This document shows, in pieces, positions 29,739-40,716 of a stretch of 64,000 nucleotides of DNA; positions within the stretch are counted from its first letter, which is position 1, and the number at the start of each line of letters is the position of its first letter. The position numbers and the translations under genes were made by a program. Location of the stretch: NCBI GenBank assembly GCA_023898805.1, contig CP060260.1, forward strand, positions 1,425,656 to 1,489,655, read 5' to 3'. The notes under the pieces are model-generated. The model had not been told where the DNA came from, ran no database searches, and worked only from the letters and a program-made list of their open reading frames with translations. This stretch comes from Rhodospirillales bacterium (GTDB taxonomy: Bacteria; Pseudomonadota; Alphaproteobacteria; Micavibrionales; UBA1664).

Positions 29739-30815
29739 TTCCAGCGCGTCGACGATCTTGCGCGCGGCTTGGCCGTCGCCGAAATACGGTTTGAACGGCA
29801 CCTGCGGCTCGTGCGCCTGCATCGTGTTCCAAAGATCGGGGCGCAAGGGCTTGTCGAACGCGCCGATGCAGGTCACCCATCCGTCGGCAGTCAGTTGCGG
29901 CCAAGGACTAATGTCCTGCGCAAGGAAACTTTTACGCCCGGCCCAGTAGGATTCTTTTTGCAGCCCGCCGGAATCGGTCACCGTGAACGTGCATTGCAAC
30001 AACGCGGCCATCGTGTCGAAATAGGCCAGCGGCGGTGTCATCGCCAGATGCGGCAGCTTTTCAAACTGTTCCTTCAGGCCGAATTTTTCCATCGCCGCGG
30101 CCGTGCGCGGATGCACCGCGAACAGAATCGGCAGCGGGCTTTGCGCGATCAGATCGTATAAACGGCCCATCGCATCCGCTGTGTCCGTGTTGGCCGGGCG
30201 GTGGATGGTCATGAAGACAAAAGGCTTGCCCGCGAATTTCTTTGTGTGCAGCGCAAGCGTATCCGAAACGGCCGCCGTCGGACGAAATTTGACGAAGGCG
30301 TCGTACATCAGATCGCCGGTCAAAAAGACGCCCGCCTCGATCCCCTCGCGCTTCAGGTTTTCGACTGATACCGCATCGGTGCAAAACCGCAGCCGTGAAA
30401 GATGGTCGGCGGGAATGCGGTTGACTTCCTCCGGCATGGTCATGTCGCCGGTGCGCGGTCCCGCCTCGACATGCGCCAGCGGAATGTTCAGCTTTGCCGC
30501 CGCCAGCACGGCAGCCAGCGTGCTGTTGGTGTCGCCATACACCAGCACGCCGCGCGGCGATTGTTCCAGCATCAAGTCCTCAAGCTGGACCATCATTTCC
30601 GCCGTCATGCGGGCATGGCTGCGCCCGTCGATGGTCAAAAACCGGGACGGAGCGGGAATGCCCAACTGCTCGAAAAACACGCCCGACATGGCATGATCGT
30701 AATGCTGGTTGGTGTGGACAATGTATTCGGTCAGCCCGCGCGCGGCGATTTCCGTGGAAACCGGCGCCATTTTGATCATTTGCGGCCTGTTGCCGATGAC
30801 GGTGAGTAAACTCAC
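29721..30815 (-). CDS. Non-hydrolysing UDP-N-acetylglucosamine(-uronate) 2-epimerase, WecB/WbpI-like
   Basis: IGNRPQMIKMAPV, GDTNSTLA, HVEAGPRT and VTDSGGLQKE motifs of the epimerase_2 family. Confidence 0.85.
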   Translation of the reverse strand: MSLLTVIGNRPQMIKMAPVSTEIAARGLTEYIVHTNQHYDHAMSGVFFEQLGIPAPSRFLTIDGRSHARMTAEMMVQLEDLMLEQSPRGVLVYGDTNSTLAAVLAAAKLNIPLAHVEAGPRTGDMTMPEEVNRIPADHLSRLRFCTDAVSVENLKREGIEAGVFLTGDLMYDAFVKFRPTAAVSDTLALHTKKFAGKPFVFMTIHRPANTDTADAMGRLYDLIAQSPLPILFAVHPRTAAAMEKFGLKEQFEKLPHLAMTPPLAYFDTMAALLQCTFTVTDSGGLQKESYWAGRKSFLAQDISPWPQLTADGWVTCIGAFDKPLRPDLWNTMQAHEPQVPFKPYFGDGQAARKIVDALESHGFF

Positions 30816-31738
30816 GAGGCTTTCGGCTTGGTCAGTTCAAACGTGAATATCCACGCCATCATCTGCATCAGCGGCGTTTTTTCCAGCAACTTGTCCAAAC
30901 TGTGCGCCAGCGCCGCCAAAGGACGCGGCAGATGGGGCGTGGCAATGCCCAGGATATGCCAGTATTTGACCTGGCCGACTTCAAAAAAGCGGCGGGCGAA
31001 GCGCAGGTCTTTATGGCTCAGGATATGCGCCTTTTCCCATTCTGTGCGCATCTGTGGCGTCATCATGCGGTAAAGCTTGATCATGGGATTGTAGTCAAGC
31101 GCTTCAACGGCCAATAGCTTCGCGCCCGGTTTCATGATTCGACGCAACTCCGGAAAGGCATAGGAAAGATCCAGATGATGCAGCATGCCGGAGCAAATCA
31201 CCACGTCCACGGAATTGTCCGGTAAAAGCGTGTTTTCGCAATCTGCCTGAACGAAGCGGGTTGTGGCGCTGACCCCGCTGGCCTGTGCGTCCTTGCGGGC
31301 GTTCTCGACGGAGATGGGGGATATGTCGATACCCACGGCCATCTTGGCGCCGGCCTTTGCCGCAGAAATGGCGTTCATCCCATCGCCACAGGCGTAATCA
31401 AGGAATACGGCGCCCGGCGCGTTCTGCTTGATCCAGTTTTCAACGTACTGACGCGAGCGATCGGTGGCCGTGTAATATTTCTTGTTGCCGTAGAATTTTT
31501 CGTACGTGTCGCCTTCTGCGGCGGCAGGCGCGTTGGCGGCGCGGTCGCGGTGCGAATCGTGGAACTCCAGCTCTTTTTTCTTACGCTCGGAAAGCGTGGC
31601 CTGCCATTGCTGGTCGGTGACCTGCGCGATCTTTTCAATCGCGGCTTCAAGGCGGCTTAAATCAGAGTTAACGGAAACGGAGGCCATGGGCCTGATTGCT
31701 GCGGTTTGTGACAAATCTTGCTCCTGTTTATCAGGCAT
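30812..31738 (-). CDS. Class I SAM-dependent methyltransferase
   Basis: Motif I FLDYACGDGMN and VVICSGMLHHL. Start trimmed to MPDKQEQ at 31738 because the track ORF extension overlaps tRNA-Val. Confidence 0.75.
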   Translation of the reverse strand: MPDKQEQDLSQTAAIRPMASVSVNSDLSRLEAAIEKIAQVTDQQWQATLSERKKKELEFHDSHRDRAANAPAAAEGDTYEKFYGNKKYYTATDRSRQYVENWIKQNAPGAVFLDYACGDGMNAISAAKAGAKMAVGIDISPISVENARKDAQASGVSATTRFVQADCENTLLPDNSVDVVICSGMLHHLDLSYAFPELRRIMKPGAKLLAVEALDYNPMIKLYRMMTPQMRTEWEKAHILSHKDLRFARRFFEVGQVKYWHILGIATPHLPRPLAALAHSLDKLLEKTPLMQMMAWIFTFELTKPKAS

Positions 31739-31755
31739 CGGGATACCGACGCGAA

Positions 31756-31830
31756 TGGTGGGCACTGCAGGGATTGAACCTGCGACCCCCACCATGTCAA
31801 GGTGATGCTCTCCCGCTGAGCTAAGTGCCC
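31756..31830 (-). tRNA. tRNA-Val (anticodon GAC), CCA encoded
   Basis: Hand-folded cloverleaf: acceptor GGGCACT/AGTGCCC, D stem GCTC/GAGC, anticodon stem TCACC/GGTGG with loop TTGACAT, T stem GCAGG/CCTGC with loop TTCAATC, discriminator A, then CCA; 75 nt. Confidence 0.95.
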
Positions 31831-31888
31831 GTACCCGTCCGCAAGTGGCGTATTAGATAGCGGCTAAACCGGCCCGATGCAAGCCTAA

Positions 31889-32257
31889 TTAAGCGGCCAA
31901 AAGCTGGTTTACCTGATCCACCAGATCGCGCAGGTGAAAAGGCTTGGAAAGTACCCGCGCCTGCGTGCGCTGGGGATTGCGGGCACCCATCGCGACGGCG
32001 GCGAAGCCGGTGATGAACATGACCTTGATCGACGGATGCAATTCCGCCGCCTTTTGCGCCAGCTCGATCCCGTCCATGCCGGGCATCACGATATCGGCCA
32101 GAAGCAGGTTGAAATCGCCATCGGTATGCGATTCCAGCGCGCGTAGCGCGTCCAGTCCGTCGATCGTCGCGGTGACTTCGTGCCCGGCCTTTTCCAGGGC
32201 CGCGGCAAGGAATCCGCGCATCGAACCGTCATCTTCGGCAAGCAGTATTTTAGCCAT
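31889..32257 (-). CDS. cpdR: Single-domain response regulator, CpdR-like (ClpXP adaptor type)
   Basis: MAKILLAEDDGSMRGFL...LLLADIVMPGMDGIELA...KVMFITGFAAVA...VLSKPFHLRDLV closely parallels Caulobacter CpdR. Start trimmed to 32257. Confidence 0.85.
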   Translation of the reverse strand: MAKILLAEDDGSMRGFLAAALEKAGHEVTATIDGLDALRALESHTDGDFNLLLADIVMPGMDGIELAQKAAELHPSIKVMFITGFAAVAMGARNPQRTQARVLSKPFHLRDLVDQVNQLLAA

Positions 32258-32351
32258 GGGCCGATCATATAGGGCAAAACCGCGGCATGTGTGAAGGGCG
32301 GAATGAAAAAACCGCTTTGTCCACAATCCGCCGGATGGTTAGGGTGGGGGC

Positions 32352-33308
32352 ATGACCACCGTTCTTATCGCCGATATTGGCGGCACGAATGCGCGTTTCG
32401 CGCTGGCCGACGACACAGGAATCCATGATCCGCGCACCCTTAAGGTCGCCGATTTTCCCGGCCCTGCCGAGGCCGCGCGCGCCTATCTGGACGCTTGCGG
32501 CGCGAAACCGGCGCGCGGCGTGTTCGCGGTGGCGGCGCCGGTGACGGGCGATGACGTCTTTACCCTGACCAATTTTCCGTGGACCTTTTCCCTGCGTGCC
32601 TGCGCCGCTGCGCTGGGTCTGGAATCCCTGCACCTGATCAATGATTTTCACGCGCAGGCGCTGGGCGCGGCGGATGTCGGTGCGTCCTGCCTGTACAAGT
32701 TTGACGATGCTATGCCCCGTTCCGGCGGCAATATCGGCATTATCGGCCCTGGCACCGGCCTTGGCGTCGCGGCGTTGGTCCATGATTCAAAAAGCAACCG
32801 TATGATCGCCGTGCCGGGCGAGGGCGGGCATGTCACCGCTCCGCTGGTCACGCCGCGCGAATTCGCGCTTGCGCGCTGGCTGCTCGAACACCGCTATTCC
32901 CACATCTCCGCCGAGCGTGTCTGCTCCGGAAAGGGGTTGGTCAATCTGTACGACGCGGTGCGCGGCGTCGATGCCCTCGACCTGCCCGACCGCACGCCGG
33001 AGGAGATCAGCGATGCCGCGCTTGCGGGCGCCTGTCCCGCCTGTGCCGAGGTACTGACATTGATGCTGGCTTTTCTGGGCCGCGTCGCGGGCAATCTGGC
33101 GCTGACCGTGACGGCGGATGCCGGAGTCTATCTGACTGGCGGCATCCTGCCGCGCCTGCCGCGCGAATACCTTTTGGCCTCTCCCTTGCGCGCGAACTTC
33201 GTCGCCAAAGGGCGTCAGACCGATTACATCAGCCGCATGCCGCTGTTTCTGGTCGACGATCCGGTTCTTGCCCTGCGCGGGCTGCGCCACGCCGCGCTTA
33301 AAGCATGA
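32352..33308 (+). CDS. glk: Glucokinase
   Basis: LIADIGGTNARFAL, INDFHAQA, GPGTGLG and GEGGH motifs of the bacterial Glk family. Confidence 0.92.
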   Translation: MTTVLIADIGGTNARFALADDTGIHDPRTLKVADFPGPAEAARAYLDACGAKPARGVFAVAAPVTGDDVFTLTNFPWTFSLRACAAALGLESLHLINDFHAQALGAADVGASCLYKFDDAMPRSGGNIGIIGPGTGLGVAALVHDSKSNRMIAVPGEGGHVTAPLVTPREFALARWLLEHRYSHISAERVCSGKGLVNLYDAVRGVDALDLPDRTPEEISDAALAGACPACAEVLTLMLAFLGRVAGNLALTVTADAGVYLTGGILPRLPREYLLASPLRANFVAKGRQTDYISRMPLFLVDDPVLALRGLRHAALKA

Positions 33309-34279
33309 ACGAATTTGTCCTGCCGCAGGAACTTGATGGCGCGCGGCTGGACCGCGCGCTGGCGACCTTGGTCCCCGATCTTTCGCGCTCGCGGCTCAAG
33401 GCGTTGATAGTGGCGGGGGAAGTGCGCGTCGACGGCAAAATCGTGGACAGCGCGTCGCATAAGCTGCGCGCGGGCTCGTTCCTCGCACTGAGCATCCCGC
33501 CGCCCGTCCCGGCCGAACCGGAGGCGCAGGACATCCCGCTGAACATCGTTTTCGAGGATTCATCGCTGTTGGTGCTCGACAAGCCCGCGGGTCTGGTGGT
33601 TCACCCCGCCGCCGGCCATGCCGCGGGCACGCTGGTCAACGCGCTTTTGCATCATTGCGCGGGCACGCTTTCCGGCATCGGCGGGGTGGCGCGGCCCGGC
33701 ATCGTGCACCGTCTGGACAAGGATACGTCCGGCCTGATGCTGGTGGCCAAGACCGACCGCGCCCATGCGGCGCTGGCCAGACAGCTTGCCGAGCGCGCCA
33801 TGTCGCGCACCTACCGGGCCTGTATCTGGGGCGTGCCGGTGCCGTCAAAGGGCCGGATCGACGCCGCGATCGCCCGTCACCCGCGCGACCGCCTGCGCAT
33901 GGCGGTGCATCCGGGCGGGCGCGCCGCCGCCACCAATTACGCGGTATGCGAACGCTTTGGCGCGCTGGCCGCGCTGGTCGAATGCAGGCTTGAATCCGGG
34001 CGCACGCACCAGATCCGGGTGCATATGCGGCATCTGGGATACCCGCTGGTCGGCGACCCGCTTTACGGCCTTCAGCCGACCGCCGCCAAAAGCCGCCTGA
34101 AAAAATCGGGTCTGGAAGGCGATTGCGCCATGGCGATTCTTGAATTTCCGCGTCAGGCGCTGCACGCCGTGGCGCTGGAATTCGTCCATCCGGAAACAGG
34201 GCGCGACATGCGCTTTGAAAGCGCCTTGCCCGCCGACCTTGAAACCCTGTGCGCTTCCCTGCGCCAGGCAAAGTCTTGA
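33305..34279 (+). CDS. rluD: RluA-family 23S rRNA pseudouridine synthase (RluD type, N-terminal S4 domain)
   Basis: S4-like N-terminus, LVLDKPAGLVVHP, the catalytic HRLDKDTSGL and GRTHQIRVH. Confidence 0.85.
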   Translation: MNEFVLPQELDGARLDRALATLVPDLSRSRLKALIVAGEVRVDGKIVDSASHKLRAGSFLALSIPPPVPAEPEAQDIPLNIVFEDSSLLVLDKPAGLVVHPAAGHAAGTLVNALLHHCAGTLSGIGGVARPGIVHRLDKDTSGLMLVAKTDRAHAALARQLAERAMSRTYRACIWGVPVPSKGRIDAAIARHPRDRLRMAVHPGGRAAATNYAVCERFGALAALVECRLESGRTHQIRVHMRHLGYPLVGDPLYGLQPTAAKSRLKKSGLEGDCAMAILEFPRQALHAVALEFVHPETGRDMRFESALPADLETLCASLRQAKS

Positions 34280-34305
34280 GGTAAGAAGAAAATCAAAAAT
34301 AAAGC

Positions 34306-34334
34306 TTGCATCCCGCTAAAATTTTATGTAAATT
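34306..34334 (+). promoter_or_regulatory. Candidate sigma70-type promoter for the sRNA candidate
   Basis: TTGCAT (34306-34311), a 17-nt spacer, then TAAATT (34329-34334), in the only strongly AT-rich patch of this intergenic region. Confidence 0.35.
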
Positions 34335-34340
34335 AAAAGA

Positions 34341-34452
34341 ATAGGGGCTGCGCTTGCCGATCAGTAACGGACCGCCCCTTGCAGATTTACTTTTATGACT
34401 TCGTGTGACCCACTTTTCAAACTTTCGGCCGCCTTCGGGCGGCCGCTTTTTT
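34341..34452 (+). ncRNA. Candidate small RNA (about 110 nt), or a structured rluD 3' UTR
   Basis: 5' stem AGGGGC (34343-34348) paired with GCCCCT (34374-34379), an A/U-rich single-stranded linker, then a strong terminator. No downstream gene on this strand. Confidence 0.4.
34426..34452 (+). terminator. Rho-independent terminator
   Basis: CGGCCGCC-ttcg-GGCGGCCG (GNRA-like/UUCG loop) followed by C and TTTTTT (34447-34452). The U-tract is present only on the plus strand. Confidence 0.85.
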
Positions 34453-34459
34453 ATTGCCG

Positions 34460-35686
34460 TTAATCAAGCATCTGCGGCCAGTGCCGTGCCACCTCGCGCG
34501 CCGAAAATCCCTCGGTCATCCGGTCGAGTGGCAGCGGCCGGTCGAGCGTCTGTCCGCCATCGCGCCCGACCTGCCGGAACGTGGCCTCCACCGCGCGATG
34601 TCTGGAACCGCCCAAAGGCCACACGAAACGCACCGAAGGGTCCAGCCGCGTGTCGCGGAAGAATCCCTGATTTTCCTGATACCCGCTCCATGCGATCCGT
34701 GCCTCCAGCCGCGCGCCGTTGTCAAAGCCCTGCGACATGGTCAAGGCCGCCCCGTAATCTCCGGCCAGAAACCGGCCGGCGGCCAGCGTGGCGCCGAACC
34801 GCGATTCCGGCATGTCGTACCCGATCCGCGCCTGCCCGGTGAAACGTGCCGAGCCCGTAAAGGGCAGGTTGCCGATGCGCGCCGGGTCGCGCCGCCACAC
34901 CGCCCACCCATCCGCGCCCGCCCAGAAGGACGACCCGAAAGGGCGCCAGACGACTTCCGCGCCCGTCCCGCCGTACATTTCCTCAAGCCAGCCAGCGCTG
35001 ACCGCCAGATGCAGGTCGGTGACCGGTGTCCGCCGCCATGACGCGAACAGGCGCTCGACTTCCGGATGCGCAGAATAGAGTGCGATGTCGCGCCGCACGG
35101 GCGGGCGCGTGTCACCGGATAAAAGCAGCGCCGAGGTATTGTCGTTCAGTGTGCCCGCGACCGCGCCGCCGAAAATGAACCCATATGGACGCGTGAACAA
35201 CGCCTCCGCCACCGTGCGCGTACGCTCAAGAATTTTCGGCTCAAATCGGCTGAATCCCGTCAACATGTCGGCATAAACCCGCCAGTAAAATGCCCGCCCC
35301 AGCGATTTGAGCGAGGTCACCGGCGGCGGTGCGCATCCACCCACGCGCTCCATGTTCCACCGCGCCTTTTGCCACAATTCCTGCGGCGATGTCTGGTGCA
35401 AGCCGACCGCCAACCGCACGTCGCGCGAAAGCAATGTCACGCTCGGTCCCATCAGTCCGGCCATGCGCGGCTGTATGGTGACCATGCCGGAATCCTCGAA
35501 TTCCGCACCTTGCCACCGCGCCTTTTTCAATCCATACCCCACCCCGTGCGCCAGATCCTCGTCCAGCCGCAGCGCCACACACCGCCGCGAATCGGCGGAC
35601 CACGCCGGCGTCACGCAGACCATGGACAACAGCCCCAAAAGCGGCACAATCATCAGGCAAAACCGCCTGCGCGCGGGGATGTCCAT
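34460..35686 (-). CDS. YjbH-domain-like outer-membrane/exopolysaccharide-associated protein (short form)
   Basis: Sec signal (LLGLLSMVCVTPAWSA). The C-terminal half resembles the YjbH family core (AGRFLAGDYGAALTMSQGFDNGARLEA...). Start ambiguous among 35722, 35695 and 35686. Confidence 0.5.
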   Translation of the reverse strand: MDIPARRRFCLMIVPLLGLLSMVCVTPAWSADSRRCVALRLDEDLAHGVGYGLKKARWQGAEFEDSGMVTIQPRMAGLMGPSVTLLSRDVRLAVGLHQTSPQELWQKARWNMERVGGCAPPPVTSLKSLGRAFYWRVYADMLTGFSRFEPKILERTRTVAEALFTRPYGFIFGGAVAGTLNDNTSALLLSGDTRPPVRRDIALYSAHPEVERLFASWRRTPVTDLHLAVSAGWLEEMYGGTGAEVVWRPFGSSFWAGADGWAVWRRDPARIGNLPFTGSARFTGQARIGYDMPESRFGATLAAGRFLAGDYGAALTMSQGFDNGARLEARIAWSGYQENQGFFRDTRLDPSVRFVWPLGGSRHRAVEATFRQVGRDGGQTLDRPLPLDRMTEGFSAREVARHWPQMLD

Positions 35687-35706
35687 GTAAAACATACGGG
35701 TCCACT

Positions 35707-37244
35707 GTGAATTCGCATACAACCGCCGTCAAAGGGGCGCCACCCTTTGTCCACGAAAATCGCTTCGACCTTGCCATCATCGGTGGCGGGGTGAACGGCA
35801 CCGCCATCGCGCGCGACGCGGCCGGGCGCGGCTATCGCGTGGCGTTGTTTGAAAGCGGCGATCTGGCCTGCGCGACCTCCTGCGCATCGACCAAACTGAT
35901 CCATGGCGGGCTGCGCTATCTCGAATACGGCGAACTGCGTCTGGTCAAAAAGGCGCTGGCGGAACGCGAGGTGTTTTTGAAAACCGCCCCGCATATCGTA
36001 AGCCCGATGCGTTTTGTCCTGCCGCTGACCGACGGCGCGCGCCCGGCCTGGATGATCCGCCTTGGCCTTGCCCTGTACGATCATCTTGCGCGGCGCGACG
36101 TGCTGCCGGATTCGCGTCGGCTTGACCTGCGCGCCGACGCGGCGGGTGCGCCGCTGTTTGCCAATATGCGCACGGGCTTTGTCTATGCCGACGCCCGCGT
36201 CGACGACGCGCGGCTGGTCGTGCTTCAGGCGGTGGACGCCGCGCGCAATGGCGCGCAGATTTTCACGCGCACCCCTGTGCGCGACCTGACGCCGGACGGG
36301 GCGGGGGGCTGGGACGTCGAAACCGAAACCGACCGCCGCTTTCATGCGCGCATGGTGGTCAACGCGGCCGGGCCCTGGGTACGTCGCGTGCTGGAACGCA
36401 ACGGACTGGTGGAGGGGGACACCCCGAAAATCCGTCTTGTGCGCGGATCGCACATCGTTGTCCCGGCGATTTACGATGGCGATCAGGCCTATCTGCTGCA
36501 ACAACCCGACGGCCGCGTCGTGTTTGCAATCCCGTACGAAGGCCGCTTCACCCTGATCGGCACCACCGATGTCGAACACACCGAAGGACCGGACGTGCCC
36601 CCTGCCTGCACCCGCGACGAGGCCGAGTATCTGTGCGATGCCGTCAACCGTTTCTTTACCCGCCAGACCCTGCCGCAGATGATCGTCTGGTCCTATTCCG
36701 GCGTTCGCCCCTTGTTTGACGACGGCAGCGGACGTGCGGCCGCAGTCACGCGCGACTATCACCTTTATCGCCAGTCGGTAAAAAACGCGCCGCTGCTTTC
36801 GGTTTATGGCGGAAAGATCACCACCGCGCGGATGCTGGCCGAAACCGTGACCGACGACGTCGCGCGCACGCTGGACGCCGCGATCGGCCCGCGTCCGCCG
36901 GCATGGACCGCAGGCGTGCCACTGCCCGGCGGCGAATTGCCCGAAGGCAGCCTGTATGAATTCACGGGCGATCTTTGCGCCATGTATCCGTGGCTTGAGG
37001 CCGCGACCATCGAACGTCTGGCGCGCGCCTACGGCACGCGCGCGCTGCGTATTCTGGGCGGCGCGCATCATCCGTCCGATCTTGGTCGCGATTTCGGCGC
37101 GGGTCTGTACGAGGCCGAAATCGCATATCTGTGCGAGGCCGAATGGGCGCGCACGGCCGAGGATATTCTCTGGCGCCGCACCAAGCTGGGCCTGCACGCC
37201 GGGCACGATACGCGCACGTTGCTCGAACGCCATTTGGGGGAAGC

Positions 37245-37248
<4 letters not shown>
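35707..37248 (+). CDS. glpD: FAD-dependent glycerol-3-phosphate dehydrogenase
   Basis: DLAIIGGGVNGTAIARDAAGRG, STKLIHGGLRYLE. The GTG start at 35707 is the only in-frame start upstream of the FAD motif. Confidence 0.92.
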
Positions 37249-38693
<1,445 letters not shown>

Positions 38694-38778
38694 TATTTAC
38701 AAAATTTGCGAATTTCTAAACCCGCGTGTTAGCGTTGTTTTTGACATACGGTTCTTTTCTTTGGGGGAAACAAAGACA

Positions 38779-39546
38779 ATGAAAACCAGCACCGCGCTTT
38801 CGCGCCCGATCACTCACGAACGAATGCAGGCCATGGGGGCCCAGCCGCAGGATATTGCGCGCAAAATCGCGCTGGCGTGGATGGACACGCAAAGCGTCGA
38901 CGCGGCGCTGATGAATGCGGGGCGCGGCATCGCGCTCTGGCATGTCGCGCCTGCGGTACAAAACGCCGCCGCCGCCGCCATCGCCGACCTGATCGACGCG
39001 GACACGCGCGTCATCACCGCCGGTATCCAGCCCTGGGGCTGGATGGTCGCCTCAGGACTTTCGATGGCCGATATCGGTTGCGTCTATCTGGGCAAGCAGC
39101 TGCCGCGCCGCGTCATGCACGTATCGGCCGAGGATGTGACGCAGCATTTTGAAAAGGATGCAATCACGATCGTCGCCATGCATATCGAATCCTCCAGCGG
39201 CTGGAATGACGTGCGTACGATTTCTGCTGCCGCCGTGCGTGCGCAGACACCGATGCTGATGGTGGTGTCGACCGCCGTGCCGGCACCCGAGGGCGTGACC
39301 ATCGAACTTGCCAGCGACTGGAACGTATTGACCGCCAACTTGCGCGACGGGATGCGCGCGGTGCGCGATATGGGGACGATCCGCGTCGTCGCGATTCAAG
39401 ACATGCCGCTCGGCGGCATCGAACGCACGATGATGGAATCCGCCGCGATGTCGCCTGAATCATGGGTGGCGGCGATGCAAAAAAACAACGACGGGGCTGA
39501 ATCAGCGATGAACACCGCCTATCAGGCACCCGTCGAGTCTTTCTAA
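38779..39546 (+). CDS. Hypothetical protein (about 255 aa), no recognisable domain
   Basis: Long ORF preceded by an AT-rich region and GGGGGA about 10 nt upstream of ATG 38779. The track start at 38761 is TTG. I do not recognise any motif. Confidence 0.55.
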   Translation: MKTSTALSRPITHERMQAMGAQPQDIARKIALAWMDTQSVDAALMNAGRGIALWHVAPAVQNAAAAAIADLIDADTRVITAGIQPWGWMVASGLSMADIGCVYLGKQLPRRVMHVSAEDVTQHFEKDAITIVAMHIESSSGWNDVRTISAAAVRAQTPMLMVVSTAVPAPEGVTIELASDWNVLTANLRDGMRAVRDMGTIRVVAIQDMPLGGIERTMMESAAMSPESWVAAMQKNNDGAESAMNTAYQAPVESF

Positions 39547-39561
39547 CCTTTCAGCAGTTCT

Positions 39562-40119
39562 TCAGGCCGCTTTCGGTACGTGTCCGGATCTTGGGGCATC
39601 GGTCATCCGATCACGCAGAATAAGGAAGGCCCATAACCACAGGGCACCATTATTCCGGCGGCGTTCGGCGCGGGGTTGCGTGCGGACATCACGCTTCCTC
39701 TCTTCTTTCGCCCAAAGCTTGTGTGTCGCAAGGTCTTTGCGTGTCGATTCCTCGCGCTTGCGTTTAAGCATCGCCAGCCTTTCGGCATAGGCGCGCTCCA
39801 ACGCGCTGATCTGTGTTTCCAAAGCCTCGGCCATCGCGTCGGCGCGGCCGAACAGGGCGATCATGCGCGCAAGGTTTGCGCGCGCGGCCAGAATGCTGCG
39901 GTCAAGCATCGTCAAAACCGGATCGGTGCGCATGAACGCATCGCTGACGGTATTGCCGTCTTCGGCCAAAGGCATCCGCTCGACGATCTGGCTTACCAGC
40001 GCGAGCGAGTCTTCCAGCGACTGGCGCGCCTGACCTCGTGCCGCCTGTTCATCGGCAGGGCGCGTGGTCTTGCGCGTGGTCTTGTCGGTGGTGCGAATGG
40101 CTTTCATATCTGATTGCAT
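39562..40119 (-). CDS. Hypothetical coiled-coil protein with a C-terminal hydrophobic anchor
   Basis: 185 aa: basic N-terminus, heptad-like helical middle (EALETQISALERAYAERLAMLKRKREE) and a C-terminal hydrophobic stretch GALWLWAFLIL. No convincing RBS. Confidence 0.45.
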   Translation of the reverse strand: MQSDMKAIRTTDKTTRKTTRPADEQAARGQARQSLEDSLALVSQIVERMPLAEDGNTVSDAFMRTDPVLTMLDRSILAARANLARMIALFGRADAMAEALETQISALERAYAERLAMLKRKREESTRKDLATHKLWAKEERKRDVRTQPRAERRRNNGALWLWAFLILRDRMTDAPRSGHVPKAA

Positions 40120-40311
40120 GATAAGGCCAAGAAATGAAGGAAGGCTTAATACATCTGCATTGGTCCGAGCCCTAACGTCGGCCTTCTAACGAAGCCCCCC
40201 GGCCAGCGTTGCGTTTTTGTACCGCAGATCTTCTAACGCGAAGACCCCCGGCACGGGGGAATGTGCCGGGGGCCAAAGGGGGTTACCCTTATTCCGTTGT
40301 AAATGCGCGCC

Positions 40312-40716
40312 TTATGCGGCGTCGCGACGGCGTCTTGGCGCCGGCTTTTCTCGTGTGGCATTCGGCTGGGGCAGGGGGTGGGTGATCGCGCCCGGTGCGC
40401 GCATTTCGGCCAGATAGGCTTCAAGCGCCTCGTGATAATCGTGGTTGACCATCACATACAGGCGCAGCGCATCGCGCAGATGGTCGCGCGCGAATATGGC
40501 TTCGTAACCCAAATAAAGCTTTTCCGTCGCATCGCTTTCGGCGGCGATCTTCTCGCTCAGGGTGCGGTAATCGCGGATCGCCGCGCGCAGCTTTTCGCGG
40601 TGGCGGGTCAGGATTTCGGCCATTTGCTTGACTTCGACATATTGCCACGCCTTGACGCGCGTTTCGCGCAGGCGCGCGGTCAGTTCCGCAAAGCTGCTGT
40701 TCGATGTTTTTTTCAT
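40312..40716 (-). CDS. Hypothetical small helical protein (about 134 aa)
   Basis: ORF trimmed to MKKTSNSS at 40716. Predicted all-helical with an Arg-rich tail. Lies divergent from the XRE gene across an AT-rich region. Confidence 0.45.
   Translation of the reverse strand: MKKTSNSSFAELTARLRETRVKAWQYVEVKQMAEILTRHREKLRAAIRDYRTLSEKIAAESDATEKLYLGYEAIFARDHLRDALRLYVMVNHDYHEALEAYLAEMRAPGAITHPLPQPNATREKPAPRRRRDAA

Noticed and set aside
31739-31795. The first 19 codons of track ORF 30812..31795
   Set aside because: They overlap tRNA-Val (31756..31830) on the same strand. The start was moved to Met at 31738.
17000-31900. Calling the glycan cluster next to tRNA-Val a mobile genomic island
   Set aside because: No integrase, transposase or direct repeat of the tRNA 3' end was noticed by eye. 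Except for the Wzy-like gene, composition is close to the flanks. It is kept only as an island-like position inside a finding.
34395-34463. 22-codon ORF (MTSCDPLFKLSAAFGRPLFYCR) inside the sRNA candidate
   Set aside because: It has no Shine-Dalgarno sequence and reads through the terminator hairpin. It is more plausibly non-coding.
35653-37233. 526-aa minus-strand ORF
   Set aside because: It is antisense to glpD (FAD motif, GlpD family). The composition is low-complexity and Arg/Gly/Ala-rich, typical of high-GC shadow frames.
40245-40272. 10-bp GC hairpin as an intrinsic terminator for the 134-aa gene
   Set aside because: There is no U-tract on either strand after the stem. It is reported only as a structural element within a finding.
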